64,000 nucleotides of DNA from Gemmatimonadales bacterium (GTDB lineage Bacteria > Gemmatimonadota > Gemmatimonadetes > Gemmatimonadales > GWC2-71-9): the NCBI GenBank assembly GCA_035491815.1, contig DATJKA010000047.1:168576-232575 (forward strand), in the 5' to 3' direction. This document shows positions 37,057 to 45,574 of the stretch, piece by piece. The notes below the pieces were generated by a model. It did no database searches and was not told where the DNA came from. It was given only the letters and a program-made list of their open reading frames with translations. Each line of letters opens with the position of its first letter. Position 1 is the first letter of the stretch. The translations under genes were made by a program, and so were the position numbers.

Positions 37057-38277
37057 TTGAAGAAGGTCCTCCAGCTCACGCTCGGGATCATGACCGCGCT
37101 GGGCGGGTTCGTGGACCTCGGCCAGATCGTCTTCACCATGCAGGCGGGCGCGCTGTTCGGGTATGCGTTGATCTGGGCGATCGTGCTGGGCACGATCGCC
37201 ATCATCATCTATATGGAGATGTGCGGCCGAGTCGCCGCCGTGACGCACGAAGCGGTGTTTAACGTGGTCCGCAGCCGCCTCGGTGATCGCCTCGGCGGCT
37301 TCACTCTGGTGACGTCGAACCTGCTGAATCTGATCACCTGCACCGCGGAGCTGGGTGCGATTGGGATCATCCTCCACCTGTTGACCGGCTGGAACCAGCA
37401 GCTGCTGACCGTGGCGGGCGCGCTCATTCTGGGCCTGGTGGTCTGGCTACTTCGCTTCCAGTGGATCGAGCGCACGTTCGGTCTCTGGGGTCTGCTGATG
37501 ATCGTCTTCGGCATCGCCGCCTGGAAGCTCTACGCCACTGCGCCGCCGCCGGCTCCCTCACCCCTGCACGGCAGGCATGCGACCCTGCTCTACGGCTACT
37601 TCGCGGTGGGCATCTTCAGCGCGCTGCTGATGGAGTATGAGGTCCACTTCTATTCCTCGGGCGCCATCGAGGAAAAATGGGATGCGAGCGCGTTGTCGGA
37701 AAACACGCTCATCGCCGTGAGCGGAACGGTGCTCGGCGCGCTCATCACCGTGGCGTTGCTGGCCCTGGGCGCGCTCGTCTTCCTGCCCCGTGGCATCTTT
37801 CCCGATCTCCTCGCGACGACTGCCCAGCCTCCCGCGCTGGCACTCGGTCGGGTTGGTCTGATCCTCGCGCTGCTCGGCATGCTCGCGACAATCAGCAGCG
37901 CCGCCGTCGAGACCGCGCTGTGTGCCGGCTACAACACGTGCCAGTTCTTCCGCTTCAAGTGGGATAAGAACCTGCCGCCGCGCGAGGTGCCGAAGTTCAC
38001 CATCGCCTGGGTCGGCACGCTGGCGCTCGCGACGCTGATCGCGCTGACCGGCGTTTCGCCGCTCGAGCTCGTCGATTACTCGATCATCCTCGGGATGGTC
38101 CTGATGCCGCTGACCTACTATCCGATTCTTACGGCGGCCGGCGACAAGCAGCGCATGGGCAAGCACGCGAGCAAGGGCGTGCTCAACGCGGCCGGCTGGG
38201 TCTTCCTGATCCTCATCGTGATCGCGGCGCTCATCACCCTGCCGCTGACGTTCCTCACGCACCTCGGGCAGCCGTAG
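37057..38277 (+). CDS. Nramp-family transporter with divergent metal-site motifs
   Basis: 406 aa. ..GGFVDLGQIVFTMQAGALFGYALIW.. aligns with MntH ..[24 protein letters not shown].. (DPGN becomes DLGQ). The TM6 region reads SALLMEYEVHFYSSG, against A..MPHNLYLHS in MntH. Confidence 0.6.
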   Translation: MKKVLQLTLGIMTALGGFVDLGQIVFTMQAGALFGYALIWAIVLGTIAIIIYMEMCGRVAAVTHEAVFNVVRSRLGDRLGGFTLVTSNLLNLITCTAELGAIGIILHLLTGWNQQLLTVAGALILGLVVWLLRFQWIERTFGLWGLLMIVFGIAAWKLYATAPPPAPSPLHGRHATLLYGYFAVGIFSALLMEYEVHFYSSGAIEEKWDASALSENTLIAVSGTVLGALITVALLALGALVFLPRGIFPDLLATTAQPPALALGRVGLILALLGMLATISSAAVETALCAGYNTCQFFRFKWDKNLPPREVPKFTIAWVGTLALATLIALTGVSPLELVDYSIILGMVLMPLTYYPILTAAGDKQRMGKHASKGVLNAAGWVFLILIVIAALITLPLTFLTHLGQP

Positions 38278-38280
38278 CCG

Positions 38281-38721
38281 TCAGGGCTTGTCGGGCTCCT
38301 TCGACGTACCCAGCGTGCGAATGTAAGCGACCAGCTTCCAGATCTGCTCGGGCGGCAGTTTCGGGCCCCACGCCGGCATCCCTTTCGTGCGCCCTTCCGC
38401 GATCGAGCGGAAGATGCGCATGTCGGTACCGCCGTAGACCCACGTCGAGTCGCGCAGGCTCGGCCCCATGCCGCCGCCGGCGTGGTCGCCGTGACAGCCG
38501 GCGCAGTTGTACCAACCAAACAGCCGCCGCCCCTCGCGAATTGCGGCGGCATCGCCGCGGTAGGGGTTGGTGCCTTCCGCGAGCGTATCCGGGCCCGGGC
38601 CGGGCAGTGGTCCCATCTGATTCTGAATGCGCGTCTCAGTTTCCGGGGGGCGTCGCGGCTGTTGTGCGACGAGCGCCACGGGCAGCACGAGGGCGACCGA
38701 GAAATTCAATGCCATGCGCAT
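38281..38721 (-). CDS. xoxG: mono-heme c-type cytochrome (XoxG-like electron acceptor)
   Basis: 146 aa with a signal peptide and a single CAGCHG heme site. It lies immediately downstream of xoxJ (2-nt gap). Confidence 0.7.
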   Translation of the reverse strand: MRMALNFSVALVLPVALVAQQPRRPPETETRIQNQMGPLPGPGPDTLAEGTNPYRGDAAAIREGRRLFGWYNCAGCHGDHAGGGMGPSLRDSTWVYGGTDMRIFRSIAEGRTKGMPAWGPKLPPEQIWKLVAYIRTLGTSKEPDKP

Positions 38722-38723
38722 GG

Positions 38724-39551
38724 TCAGCTCTCAGCCTTGAGGGGCAACAGCGGAACGCCGTACTCCTGGAGCAACCGCTCGATGTCGTGGTGGCGGCGCT
38801 CGATGACGGCGTCGAGGCGCGCGCGCAGCGAATCGTCGCCGCGACGGACCGCCATGGAGATGTCGAAGACCAGCGGTAAGAACGGCAGATCGATTTGCGG
38901 CGACACGGGCACGACGTCCAGCGGTACCGCCGACGCGCGCGCGAAGTAGCCGGCCAGCGGTCCCCAGGCGATCGCGACGTCGACGTCGCCGCGGCGCACC
39001 GCATCGATGAGATCGGCCGGCGGATTCGGCTTCGAATAGTCGCCATAAATGCTGTAGCCGACGACGTTCCGGACGATGTGCCGGCGCGCGAGCGCGTCGG
39101 CGGGGGGCACGTTCGCATAGTCGTCGCCGATGACGTGCACGCCGATCCGCAGATGTGTCAGCCGTGCGTCGTCGAGCGAGGTGAGGTGCAAGTGCCGGTC
39201 GCGACGCGAGACGAAGACGTACGTCGAGCGGTAATACGGTTCGGTGGGCCGAGCGAGCTCGAAGCTCGACGGAACGCCCATGATGACGTCGCACTTGCCG
39301 GCGCGCAGCGTGTTGCGGACGAAGCCGCGGCGTTGCGGCAGCCACGTGTACCGAAGCGGTCGGCCCAGATCGTGAGCCACGAGCTCGGCGAGTTTGTTCT
39401 CGAAGCCTTCACCCTTGTCGTTCGAGAACGGCAGGTTGTTCGGATCGGCGCAGATGCCGAGCGCCACCTGCGCCGACGTGCGCCGACCTCCACCGCCGCA
39501 TGCCACAGCGGCGAGCAGCAGCAGCACCGGCCCGTTAGAGCGAAAAGACAT
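38724..39551 (-). CDS. xoxJ: quinoprotein dehydrogenase-associated periplasmic binding protein (MoxJ/XoxJ family)
   Basis: The start is taken at the ATG at 39551 (MSFRSNGPVLLLLAAVACGG...), overlapping the xoxF 3' end by 17 nt. ...ALGICADPNNLPFSN... is typical of MoxJ-like SBPs. The upstream part of the 395-aa track ORF is rejected. Confidence 0.75.
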   Translation of the reverse strand: MSFRSNGPVLLLLAAVACGGGGRRTSAQVALGICADPNNLPFSNDKGEGFENKLAELVAHDLGRPLRYTWLPQRRGFVRNTLRAGKCDVIMGVPSSFELARPTEPYYRSTYVFVSRRDRHLHLTSLDDARLTHLRIGVHVIGDDYANVPPADALARRHIVRNVVGYSIYGDYSKPNPPADLIDAVRRGDVDVAIAWGPLAGYFARASAVPLDVVPVSPQIDLPFLPLVFDISMAVRRGDDSLRARLDAVIERRHHDIERLLQEYGVPLLPLKAES

Positions 39552-41388
39552 ACAGCGTGCCGCCCATCGCCGATGCCTGTTTGATGTCGGGAATCGCACC
39601 CGCGACGCCGAGGCCCGTGTACGGGTCGGAGGTGGAGACGTCGGGGAATGCGACCGCGCCCATCCAGCCGCCGATTCCCGAATAGACCGCGACATATTGT
39701 TTGCCGTCGGGCCCGGTGTAGGTGATCGGATTGCCCACGATCCCCGACCCGACCTTGAATTTCCACAGCTCGTGCCCGTCCTTCGCGTCCACGGCCTTGA
39801 ACCACCCGTCCATCGTGCCGTAGAACACGACGCCGCCTTGGGTCGCGAGGACGCCGCTCCACACCGGGAAATTCTCGTCGATGTGCCAGACGGCCTTGCC
39901 CAGCGCGGCATCCCACGCGTTCAGGCCGCCGCGTTTACCGCCGGGGCCCGCGTACATCCTCACGCTGGCGCCGACGTACGGCGTGCCCGCGATGTAGTTC
40001 GCCTCGAGACCTTCGTAGTCCATGCAGTCGTTCGTGTTCGCGAAGTAGAACCAGCCGGTTTGCGGCGAGAAGGCGCCGGGCGGCTCGTCCTTCCCACCGG
40101 TGGACGAGGGACAGATGCCGCGGGTGACGACCCCCTGTTTGCTGCGGAACGCCGAGTTCTCGACCGGCCGCCCCGTCCGGCGATTGATGCTGTCGGCCCA
40201 GTTCGTGAACACGAACTTGCCCGCCGTGATGACTTCGCCGGTTTCGCGATCGAGGGTGTAGACGAAGCCGTTGCGGTCGGGATGCACCAGGACTTTGCGC
40301 CGGCGGCCGTCGACCTGAATGTCGGCCAGCATGTTTTCATTGACGCCGTCGTAGTCCCACGCGTCGTGCGGCGTCATCTGGTAGGCCCAGCGCGCTTCGC
40401 CGTTGTCCGGGTCGCGCGCGAAGATCGTGGTGGACCACTTGTTGTCCCCCGGCCGCATGTCGGGATTCCACACGCCGGGATTCGCCGTGCCGTAATAGAA
40501 GAGATTCAGGTCCGGATCGTACGACAGCCATCCCCACACCGTCCCGCCGCCCAGCTTCCACTGCTCACCGCTCCACGTCTTGACGCCGAGATCGGTGCCT
40601 CGGGTGTCGGGATAGAAGGGCCTGAAGGTCGGCCCGATGCGCACGTCGCTGTCGGGGCCGGTCGAATACGCGCGCCACAGCTCTTTGCCGGTGCCGGCAT
40701 CGAGCGCCTTCACCCAGCCCCGCACGCCGAGCTCCGCACCGCTGTTGCCGACGATCACTTTGTTTTTGACGACGAGCGGCGCCATCGTCATGGTCTCGCC
40801 GATGTCGATGTTGCCCACGGTGACGTTCCAGATCTCCTTGCCGGTGCGAGCGTCGACCGCGACGGTGTGGGCGTCGAGGGTGTTGTAGTAGATCCGACCG
40901 TTGGCGTAGGTCGCGCCGCGATTCACGACGTCGCAGCATGCGATCCCCACCGCGCGATCACTCGGCCGCGGCTGATAGATCCATTGCACCGCTCCGCCCG
41001 GCTGCGTGAGATCGATCGCGTAGAGGATGTTGGGATAGGGCGTGACCACGTACATCACGTTGTTCACGACGAGCGGATTCCCTTCGTGGCCGTGCAGCAC
41101 GCCGGTCGAGAACGCGCTCGCGACTTTGAGCTGCGCAACGTTCGCCGTCGTGATTTGCGCGAGCGACGAAAACCGCGACATGGCGTAGTCGCCGCTGGGC
41201 TGGGTCCACTCGTTGCTCGCGGACGGCATGATGGCGCGCGCGCGCGCCGCCGCTGCCGCAGGAGGGTTCGCGGCAAGCGCGACAGGAGGGTCATTCGACT
41301 TGCACGCCGCAATCAGCGCGACCAAAGACAGGAGGCCGGGGTTCCCGAGAATACTGCGTGCGCGTGCGGGGTACGATGCGGTTGCCAT
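39535..41388 (-). CDS. xoxF: PQQ-dependent methanol/ethanol-family dehydrogenase, lanthanide (XoxF) type
   Basis: The start is at the ATG at 41388 (MATASYPARARSILGNPGLLSLVALIAAC..). The vicinal disulfide GIACCD, W-repeat propeller and ...DAWDYDGVNE... (the extra Asp diagnostic of Ln-dependent enzymes) are present. Confidence 0.85.
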   Translation of the reverse strand: MATASYPARARSILGNPGLLSLVALIAACKSNDPPVALAANPPAAAAARARAIMPSASNEWTQPSGDYAMSRFSSLAQITTANVAQLKVASAFSTGVLHGHEGNPLVVNNVMYVVTPYPNILYAIDLTQPGGAVQWIYQPRPSDRAVGIACCDVVNRGATYANGRIYYNTLDAHTVAVDARTGKEIWNVTVGNIDIGETMTMAPLVVKNKVIVGNSGAELGVRGWVKALDAGTGKELWRAYSTGPDSDVRIGPTFRPFYPDTRGTDLGVKTWSGEQWKLGGGTVWGWLSYDPDLNLFYYGTANPGVWNPDMRPGDNKWSTTIFARDPDNGEARWAYQMTPHDAWDYDGVNENMLADIQVDGRRRKVLVHPDRNGFVYTLDRETGEVITAGKFVFTNWADSINRRTGRPVENSAFRSKQGVVTRGICPSSTGGKDEPPGAFSPQTGWFYFANTNDCMDYEGLEANYIAGTPYVGASVRMYAGPGGKRGGLNAWDAALGKAVWHIDENFPVWSGVLATQGGVVFYGTMDGWFKAVDAKDGHELWKFKVGSGIVGNPITYTGPDGKQYVAVYSGIGGWMGAVAFPDVSTSDPYTGLGVAGAIPDIKQASAMGGTLYVFSL

Positions 41389-41415
41389 GAGCCACGGCCC
41401 ACTGACGGCGGAGAC

Positions 41416-42387
41416 ATGTTGACGTACACGGTGTTGCAACTCGTGTTCCTGTCGCTGCAATCGCCGCGCGCCGCCCCATTGCTGTTCGTCAGTAACGAAT
41501 TGGCGCGCACCATTTCGGTGATCAACGCCGATTCGAGCTACTCGGTCGGCGACATTTCCGTGCCCGGGCGCCCGCGCGGCATTCAGGTGAGTCACGACGG
41601 CCGCCGCATCTACGTTGCACTGAGCGACACGCTGCGGCAGACCGCGGGACCCGCCGACGGCATCGTGGCCATCGATATCGCGACCCGCCGGATCGTAGAC
41701 CGGCTGCCGGCCGGGACCGATCCGGAGCAGTTCGCCGTCAGTCGCGACGGCCGCTGGATCGTCGCGTCGAACGAGGACGCCGGGACGGCGAGCGCGATCG
41801 ATCTGCCCGCCCGCCACGTCGCGGCGCGGATCGTCGTCGGACTCGAGCCGGAAGGCGTGGCGATCAGTCCCGACGGCCGCTGGACGTACGTCACCGGGGA
41901 AACGAGCAACACCGTGTCGGCGATCGACACGCGCACGCACCGCGTCGTCGCCAACGTCCTGGTGGGCGCGCGCCCGCGCGCCGTCGTGTTCGCGGCGGAC
42001 GGACGGACGGCGTACGTGACGTCGGAGATCGGCCGCATGCTCACGATCCTCGACGTCGGACGACATCGGGCCGTGGCGACGGTCGCGATAACCGACTCGG
42101 GAGCGAAGCCGGTGGGCGTGGCCCTCTCGCCCGATGGAACGCTGGCCTACGTGGCGACGGGACGCGGCAACAGCGTCGCGGTGGTGGACCTCGTCGCGCG
42201 CCGCCAGATCGCGAGTATTCCAGTGGGCCGGCGGCCCTGGGGCATCGCGATCAGTGGTGACGGCCGGACGGTCTACACGGCCAACGGACTGTCGGGAGAC
42301 GTCTCGGTCGTCGATACCGAGAAACGGCAGGTCGTGAGGACGATCAAAGCCGGCGCTGGAGCCTGGGGCGTCGCGCTCACCCGGTGA
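41416..42387 (+). CDS. YVTN-repeat beta-propeller protein (PQQ-dependent catabolism-associated type)
   Basis: This is the C-terminal 323 aa of the 997-aa track ORF. Repeated ...P.G...S.DG...YV....... blades. Divergent from xoxF. Confidence 0.75.
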   Translation: MLTYTVLQLVFLSLQSPRAAPLLFVSNELARTISVINADSSYSVGDISVPGRPRGIQVSHDGRRIYVALSDTLRQTAGPADGIVAIDIATRRIVDRLPAGTDPEQFAVSRDGRWIVASNEDAGTASAIDLPARHVAARIVVGLEPEGVAISPDGRWTYVTGETSNTVSAIDTRTHRVVANVLVGARPRAVVFAADGRTAYVTSEIGRMLTILDVGRHRAVATVAITDSGAKPVGVALSPDGTLAYVATGRGNSVAVVDLVARRQIASIPVGRRPWGIAISGDGRTVYTANGLSGDVSVVDTEKRQVVRTIKAGAGAWGVALTR

Positions 42388-42390
42388 CGA

Positions 42391-42885
42391 TCACCGCGGC
42401 TTTTCCGGCCAGTGTGCGTCGGGACGGGCGGGCGGCGGCTGATCGGCGTGCACGCGATCGCCGCGAATGTCGGCGAAAATGAAGTTCTCGGGCGCGACGG
42501 GCGAGTCCGCGAGTCGCCTGAGCATCGCGAGCTGGCCGACATGCGTCATCGCGTCCGCGAATGGTCCTTGGAGTAGCTGCTCGGTCGTGATCGCGCACTG
42601 GGCATCGCTCGCGAGCAGCTCGCTCACTTCCTCGAGCAAATGGTGAAAGCGCGCGACCTCCTGGTCGAATGATTCGAGCGGCTCCGCCCGGTAGGTCCCA
42701 CCCTCGAAGAACGTCCGCACGTATCCCATCAGCCCAGCCATGTGACGGACCAGCTCGGCCGGCGTCCGCACGCGATGGCCGGCGCTGAATGCCGGATAAT
42801 GCGCGGGCGCGTCACGCAGCGCCTTCTGTGTGCGGTACGCAATGGCGCCCAGGAAATGCCGCAGCAGCTCGCGATCGCGATCCAT
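42391..42885 (-). CDS. hypothetical helical protein (DinB-like by impression)
   Basis: 164 aa from MDRDRELLRHFLGAIAYRT... The upstream part of the 326-aa track ORF is Arg/Ala-rich and overlaps the DMT gene. Confidence 0.45.
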   Translation of the reverse strand: MDRDRELLRHFLGAIAYRTQKALRDAPAHYPAFSAGHRVRTPAELVRHMAGLMGYVRTFFEGGTYRAEPLESFDQEVARFHHLLEEVSELLASDAQCAITTEQLLQGPFADAMTHVGQLAMLRRLADSPVAPENFIFADIRGDRVHADQPPPARPDAHWPEKPR

Positions 42886-42887
42886 GG

Positions 42888-43229
42888 TCAGCGCCGAAAC
42901 ATGAAGAAGACCGCGCCGCAGAGACACAGCCCCGCCCAGAGGTAGTTGAGCCGCACCGGTTCCCTCATATAAAAGACCGCGAAAGGTACGAACACACTCA
43001 GCGTGACCACTTCCTGGATGATCTTGAGCTGGCCGAGCTCCAGCGTGGTGTGACCGATCCGGTTGGCCGGGACCTGGAGCAGATACTCGAACAGCGCGAT
43101 GCCCCAGCTCACCAGCGCTGCGACGATCCAGGGCCGCTGGCTGAGATTTCGGAGATGCGCGTACCAGGCAAACGTCATGAAGATGTTGGAGCAGATCAGC
43201 AGCAGAACGGTTTTGGCGACGACCGGCAT
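42888..43229 (-). CDS. DMT-superfamily small membrane protein (DUF486-like)
   Basis: 113 aa with 4 TM segments, ...NIFMTFAWYAHL.... Confidence 0.65.
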   Translation of the reverse strand: MPVVAKTVLLLICSNIFMTFAWYAHLRNLSQRPWIVAALVSWGIALFEYLLQVPANRIGHTTLELGQLKIIQEVVTLSVFVPFAVFYMREPVRLNYLWAGLCLCGAVFFMFRR

Positions 43230-43255
43230 GCTGGGCGTCCGGGGCTAAGGGTCCT

Positions 43256-44614
43256 CTATTGTAGCACGCGCAATGCCTCCCGCGCCGCGCGGCGGCCGCT
43301 CGCCAACGCGCCCGCGACCGTCCCGATCTGCTCGCCGTTCGTCGCTTCGCCCGCGAAGAACAGGGTGCCATTCACCGGCCGGCCCAGCGTGCGGGGCGCG
43401 CCGATCCCGCCGACGCCGATATAGCTGTAAGCACCGCGCGCGAACGGATCGGCACGCCAGTCGTGACTCGACCAGGAGTCGAGCTGCGCTTCCAGCTCGC
43501 GTCGCGGCACGGCGAGGATCTCCGACAGCGCCACCAGGCTGCGCTCCAGCCGGGTTTGCGGCTCTTCCGACAGCAGTGCTTCGGCGGTCACACTGCCGAC
43601 CCAGCCGGTGAGAATGGGCGCCCGCACGGGCGCCGCCGTCCACCAAGTCGGCACTTCTCCTCCGGGCGCATGCAGGAAATTCAGGCTGGCGCCGTCGCTG
43701 CGATTGTGATGGCGCCGCTCTTGGAGAAACTCAGGACTTTCCCAAAACGCTTCGCGAAATCGCAATATGATCTTGAAGATCTGTCCCGTCTCGAGTTTTG
43801 CCATCGCGCGCTGCTTCGCGGGAAGTGGCGGATCGAACTTCACGACACCCGCTTTCAGCACCGCGAGCGGCAACGTGACGATCACCATCTTCGCGCTCAA
43901 CGTGGGGAGCGCCGCCCCGTCGCCCGCGCGGGACTCCACGCTCGCCATGCCACGCTTCCACCGCACGATTTGCGCAACGGTGCTCAGGCGGATCTCGCAA
44001 CGCTCGGGGTCGAGGCCGTCGCGCAGCCAGCGCATGAGTGCGTCATTGCCGTTGGCGATACGAAACTGCTTGCCTTCGACAGAGTCTGCTTCGTCCTCAT
44101 CGGCCTCTACGGCCAGCGATTTCGCGCTCAGGCGCTCGGGCTGCGCCGCGTAAAAGCCCTCGATGAATCCCCGCAGCATGCCGCGGCCCAGCGCCCCGCC
44201 GGGCGGCTTCGTCGAGTCGAGATACTCGCTCACCGGGAAGTCTGCGCCGCGGGCCGCGATGCGTCGCGCGAGATCCTTATTCATCCGGCTGATCGCGTCC
44301 CAGAAATCGCCGCGCGTCTCGAAGCGGCCGGAGACGGCGACCTCATGGACGTCGGGCAGCTCGAGGACCGCGAGACCGGCCGCGCGCGCGACGCTGAGCG
44401 TCTCCTGCGCCTCCCCGTGGACAAACTCGGCGCCGAGCTCGATCGGCACCGGCGAGCGCGGGTCGTGCACGGTGAGGATGCGCCCGCCAACGCGCGGCCG
44501 TGCCTCGAGCACGGTCACTCTGAGTCCAGCCTGTGAGAGATCGCGCGCGGCGGCGAGCCCGGCGGCGCCGGCACCAAGGACTAGTACGTCGATTCGCTTC
44601 CCCACTCGCGCCAT
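43256..44614 (-). CDS. flavin-containing amine oxidase family protein
   Basis: 452 aa with the dinucleotide fold VLVLGAGAAGLAAARDLSQAGLRVTVLEARPRVGGR and C-terminal ...FFAGEAT.... Confidence 0.8.
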   Translation of the reverse strand: MARVGKRIDVLVLGAGAAGLAAARDLSQAGLRVTVLEARPRVGGRILTVHDPRSPVPIELGAEFVHGEAQETLSVARAAGLAVLELPDVHEVAVSGRFETRGDFWDAISRMNKDLARRIAARGADFPVSEYLDSTKPPGGALGRGMLRGFIEGFYAAQPERLSAKSLAVEADEDEADSVEGKQFRIANGNDALMRWLRDGLDPERCEIRLSTVAQIVRWKRGMASVESRAGDGAALPTLSAKMVIVTLPLAVLKAGVVKFDPPLPAKQRAMAKLETGQIFKIILRFREAFWESPEFLQERRHHNRSDGASLNFLHAPGGEVPTWWTAAPVRAPILTGWVGSVTAEALLSEEPQTRLERSLVALSEILAVPRRELEAQLDSWSSHDWRADPFARGAYSYIGVGGIGAPRTLGRPVNGTLFFAGEATNGEQIGTVAGALASGRRAAREALRVLQ

Positions 44615-44854
44615 CGAGCACCCTCCTAACCGCCCCCGTACCGCCTGATTCGTATCGTGTTCCCCGCCAACGCGCGCGGGGTATACCGCCGCATGACCAC
44701 CCGCACCCGCACCGAACCCTGACGGAAGATCTGCGTGTTGTGGCCGCGGCGCTCGGGATGGAAACGGAGTTAATCCCTAAACCACCCCAAAGACGCATTC
44801 CCGCTCTTGGTCCGTTTCTCAATGATGCGAACGGACCCCTACCAGAGGATCATC

Positions 44855-45277
44855 ATGCCGGACAAAGAGACGCTCGAGCGCGCCGAGAAGGACAAGCGCG
44901 CAGGCAAGTCGCCGAGCACGCAGGCGGGAGAGTTCGTGCGTGAAGAGATGCATCACGTGCGCGAAGGGAAGCACGGCGTCCGGAATACGAAGCAGGCCAT
45001 CGCCATCGGCTTGTCGAAGGCCCGGCGCGCGGGCGTCGAGCTGCCGGTCCGGAACGAGCAGGATGCGCATGAAGAAGCACGTGGACGCAGCGACGAGACC
45101 ACGTCGCCCACGCGCGCGCGCGGTGCGCGGCAGGCGCTGAAACGCGAAGGGCGCTCCGGCGCATCGCGGAGCGCCCTGTCGCGGCAGGCGCGGAGCTCGG
45201 CGCGGCGTCGCGGCGCAACCAAGCGCGCCCGCTCCGCTCGCAAGGCGGCGGCCACACGGCGGCGCACGCGGTCCTGA
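44855..45277 (+). CDS. DUF6496-like protein with basic C-terminal tail
   Basis: MPDKETLERAEKDKRAGKSPSTQAGEFVREEMHHVREGKHGVRNTKQAIAIGLSKARRAGVELP.... GAGGA lies upstream of the ATG at 44855. Confidence 0.65.
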   Translation: MPDKETLERAEKDKRAGKSPSTQAGEFVREEMHHVREGKHGVRNTKQAIAIGLSKARRAGVELPVRNEQDAHEEARGRSDETTSPTRARGARQALKREGRSGASRSALSRQARSSARRRGATKRARSARKAAATRRRTRS

Positions 45278-45283
45278 AGACTG

Positions 45284-45574
45284 TTACAACAGCGCGCGCA
45301 GCGCGTTGTCGATTTCGGAATTCGGCACGGCGCGCGCACCCAACTCCCGGGCCGCTCGCAGTCCGGCCGCATCCACATGCGCGCCGAACGCGAGCACCGG
45401 GACGCCACGCGCTACGAGCGCTCCAACGCGCTCGAGCGCGTTGGCGGTGCCGAGCTCGAGCACCGCGACATCGAGCGGCTCGTCGCGAACCGGCTCGGCC
45501 CCTGCCTGTCGAATGATTTCCTGCAGCTTGCCGCGGAAGAACAAGTCACGGCATTCGAGCAAGACGCGCTTCAC
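45284..45574 (-). CDS. hypothetical 96-aa protein
   Basis: The GTG start overlaps the glyQS stop (GTGA). Alternating beta/alpha pattern; no family recognised. Confidence 0.45.
   Translation of the reverse strand: MKRVLLECRDLFFRGKLQEIIRQAGAEPVRDEPLDVAVLELGTANALERVGALVARGVPVLAFGAHVDAAGLRAARELGARAVPNSEIDNALRALL

Noticed and set aside
39394-41415. N-terminal two-thirds of the 997-aa plus-strand ORF, and the 5' extensions of minus-strand ORFs 38724-39911 and 39535-42066.
   Set aside because: These segments are antisense to, or out of frame with, xoxF, xoxJ or the propeller gene. Only the segments beginning at signal-peptide-like Met codons (41416, 39551, 41388) show family similarity.
44615-44854. 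240-nt divergent spacer with hairpins (for example GGTCCGTT-13 nt-AACGGACC at about 44809-44838) as a possible riboswitch or sRNA.
   Set aside because: I could not match it to any RNA family from memory, and it has no terminator-like U-tract. It is most simply a divergent promoter region. A cmsearch against all of Rfam would be needed to revisit this.
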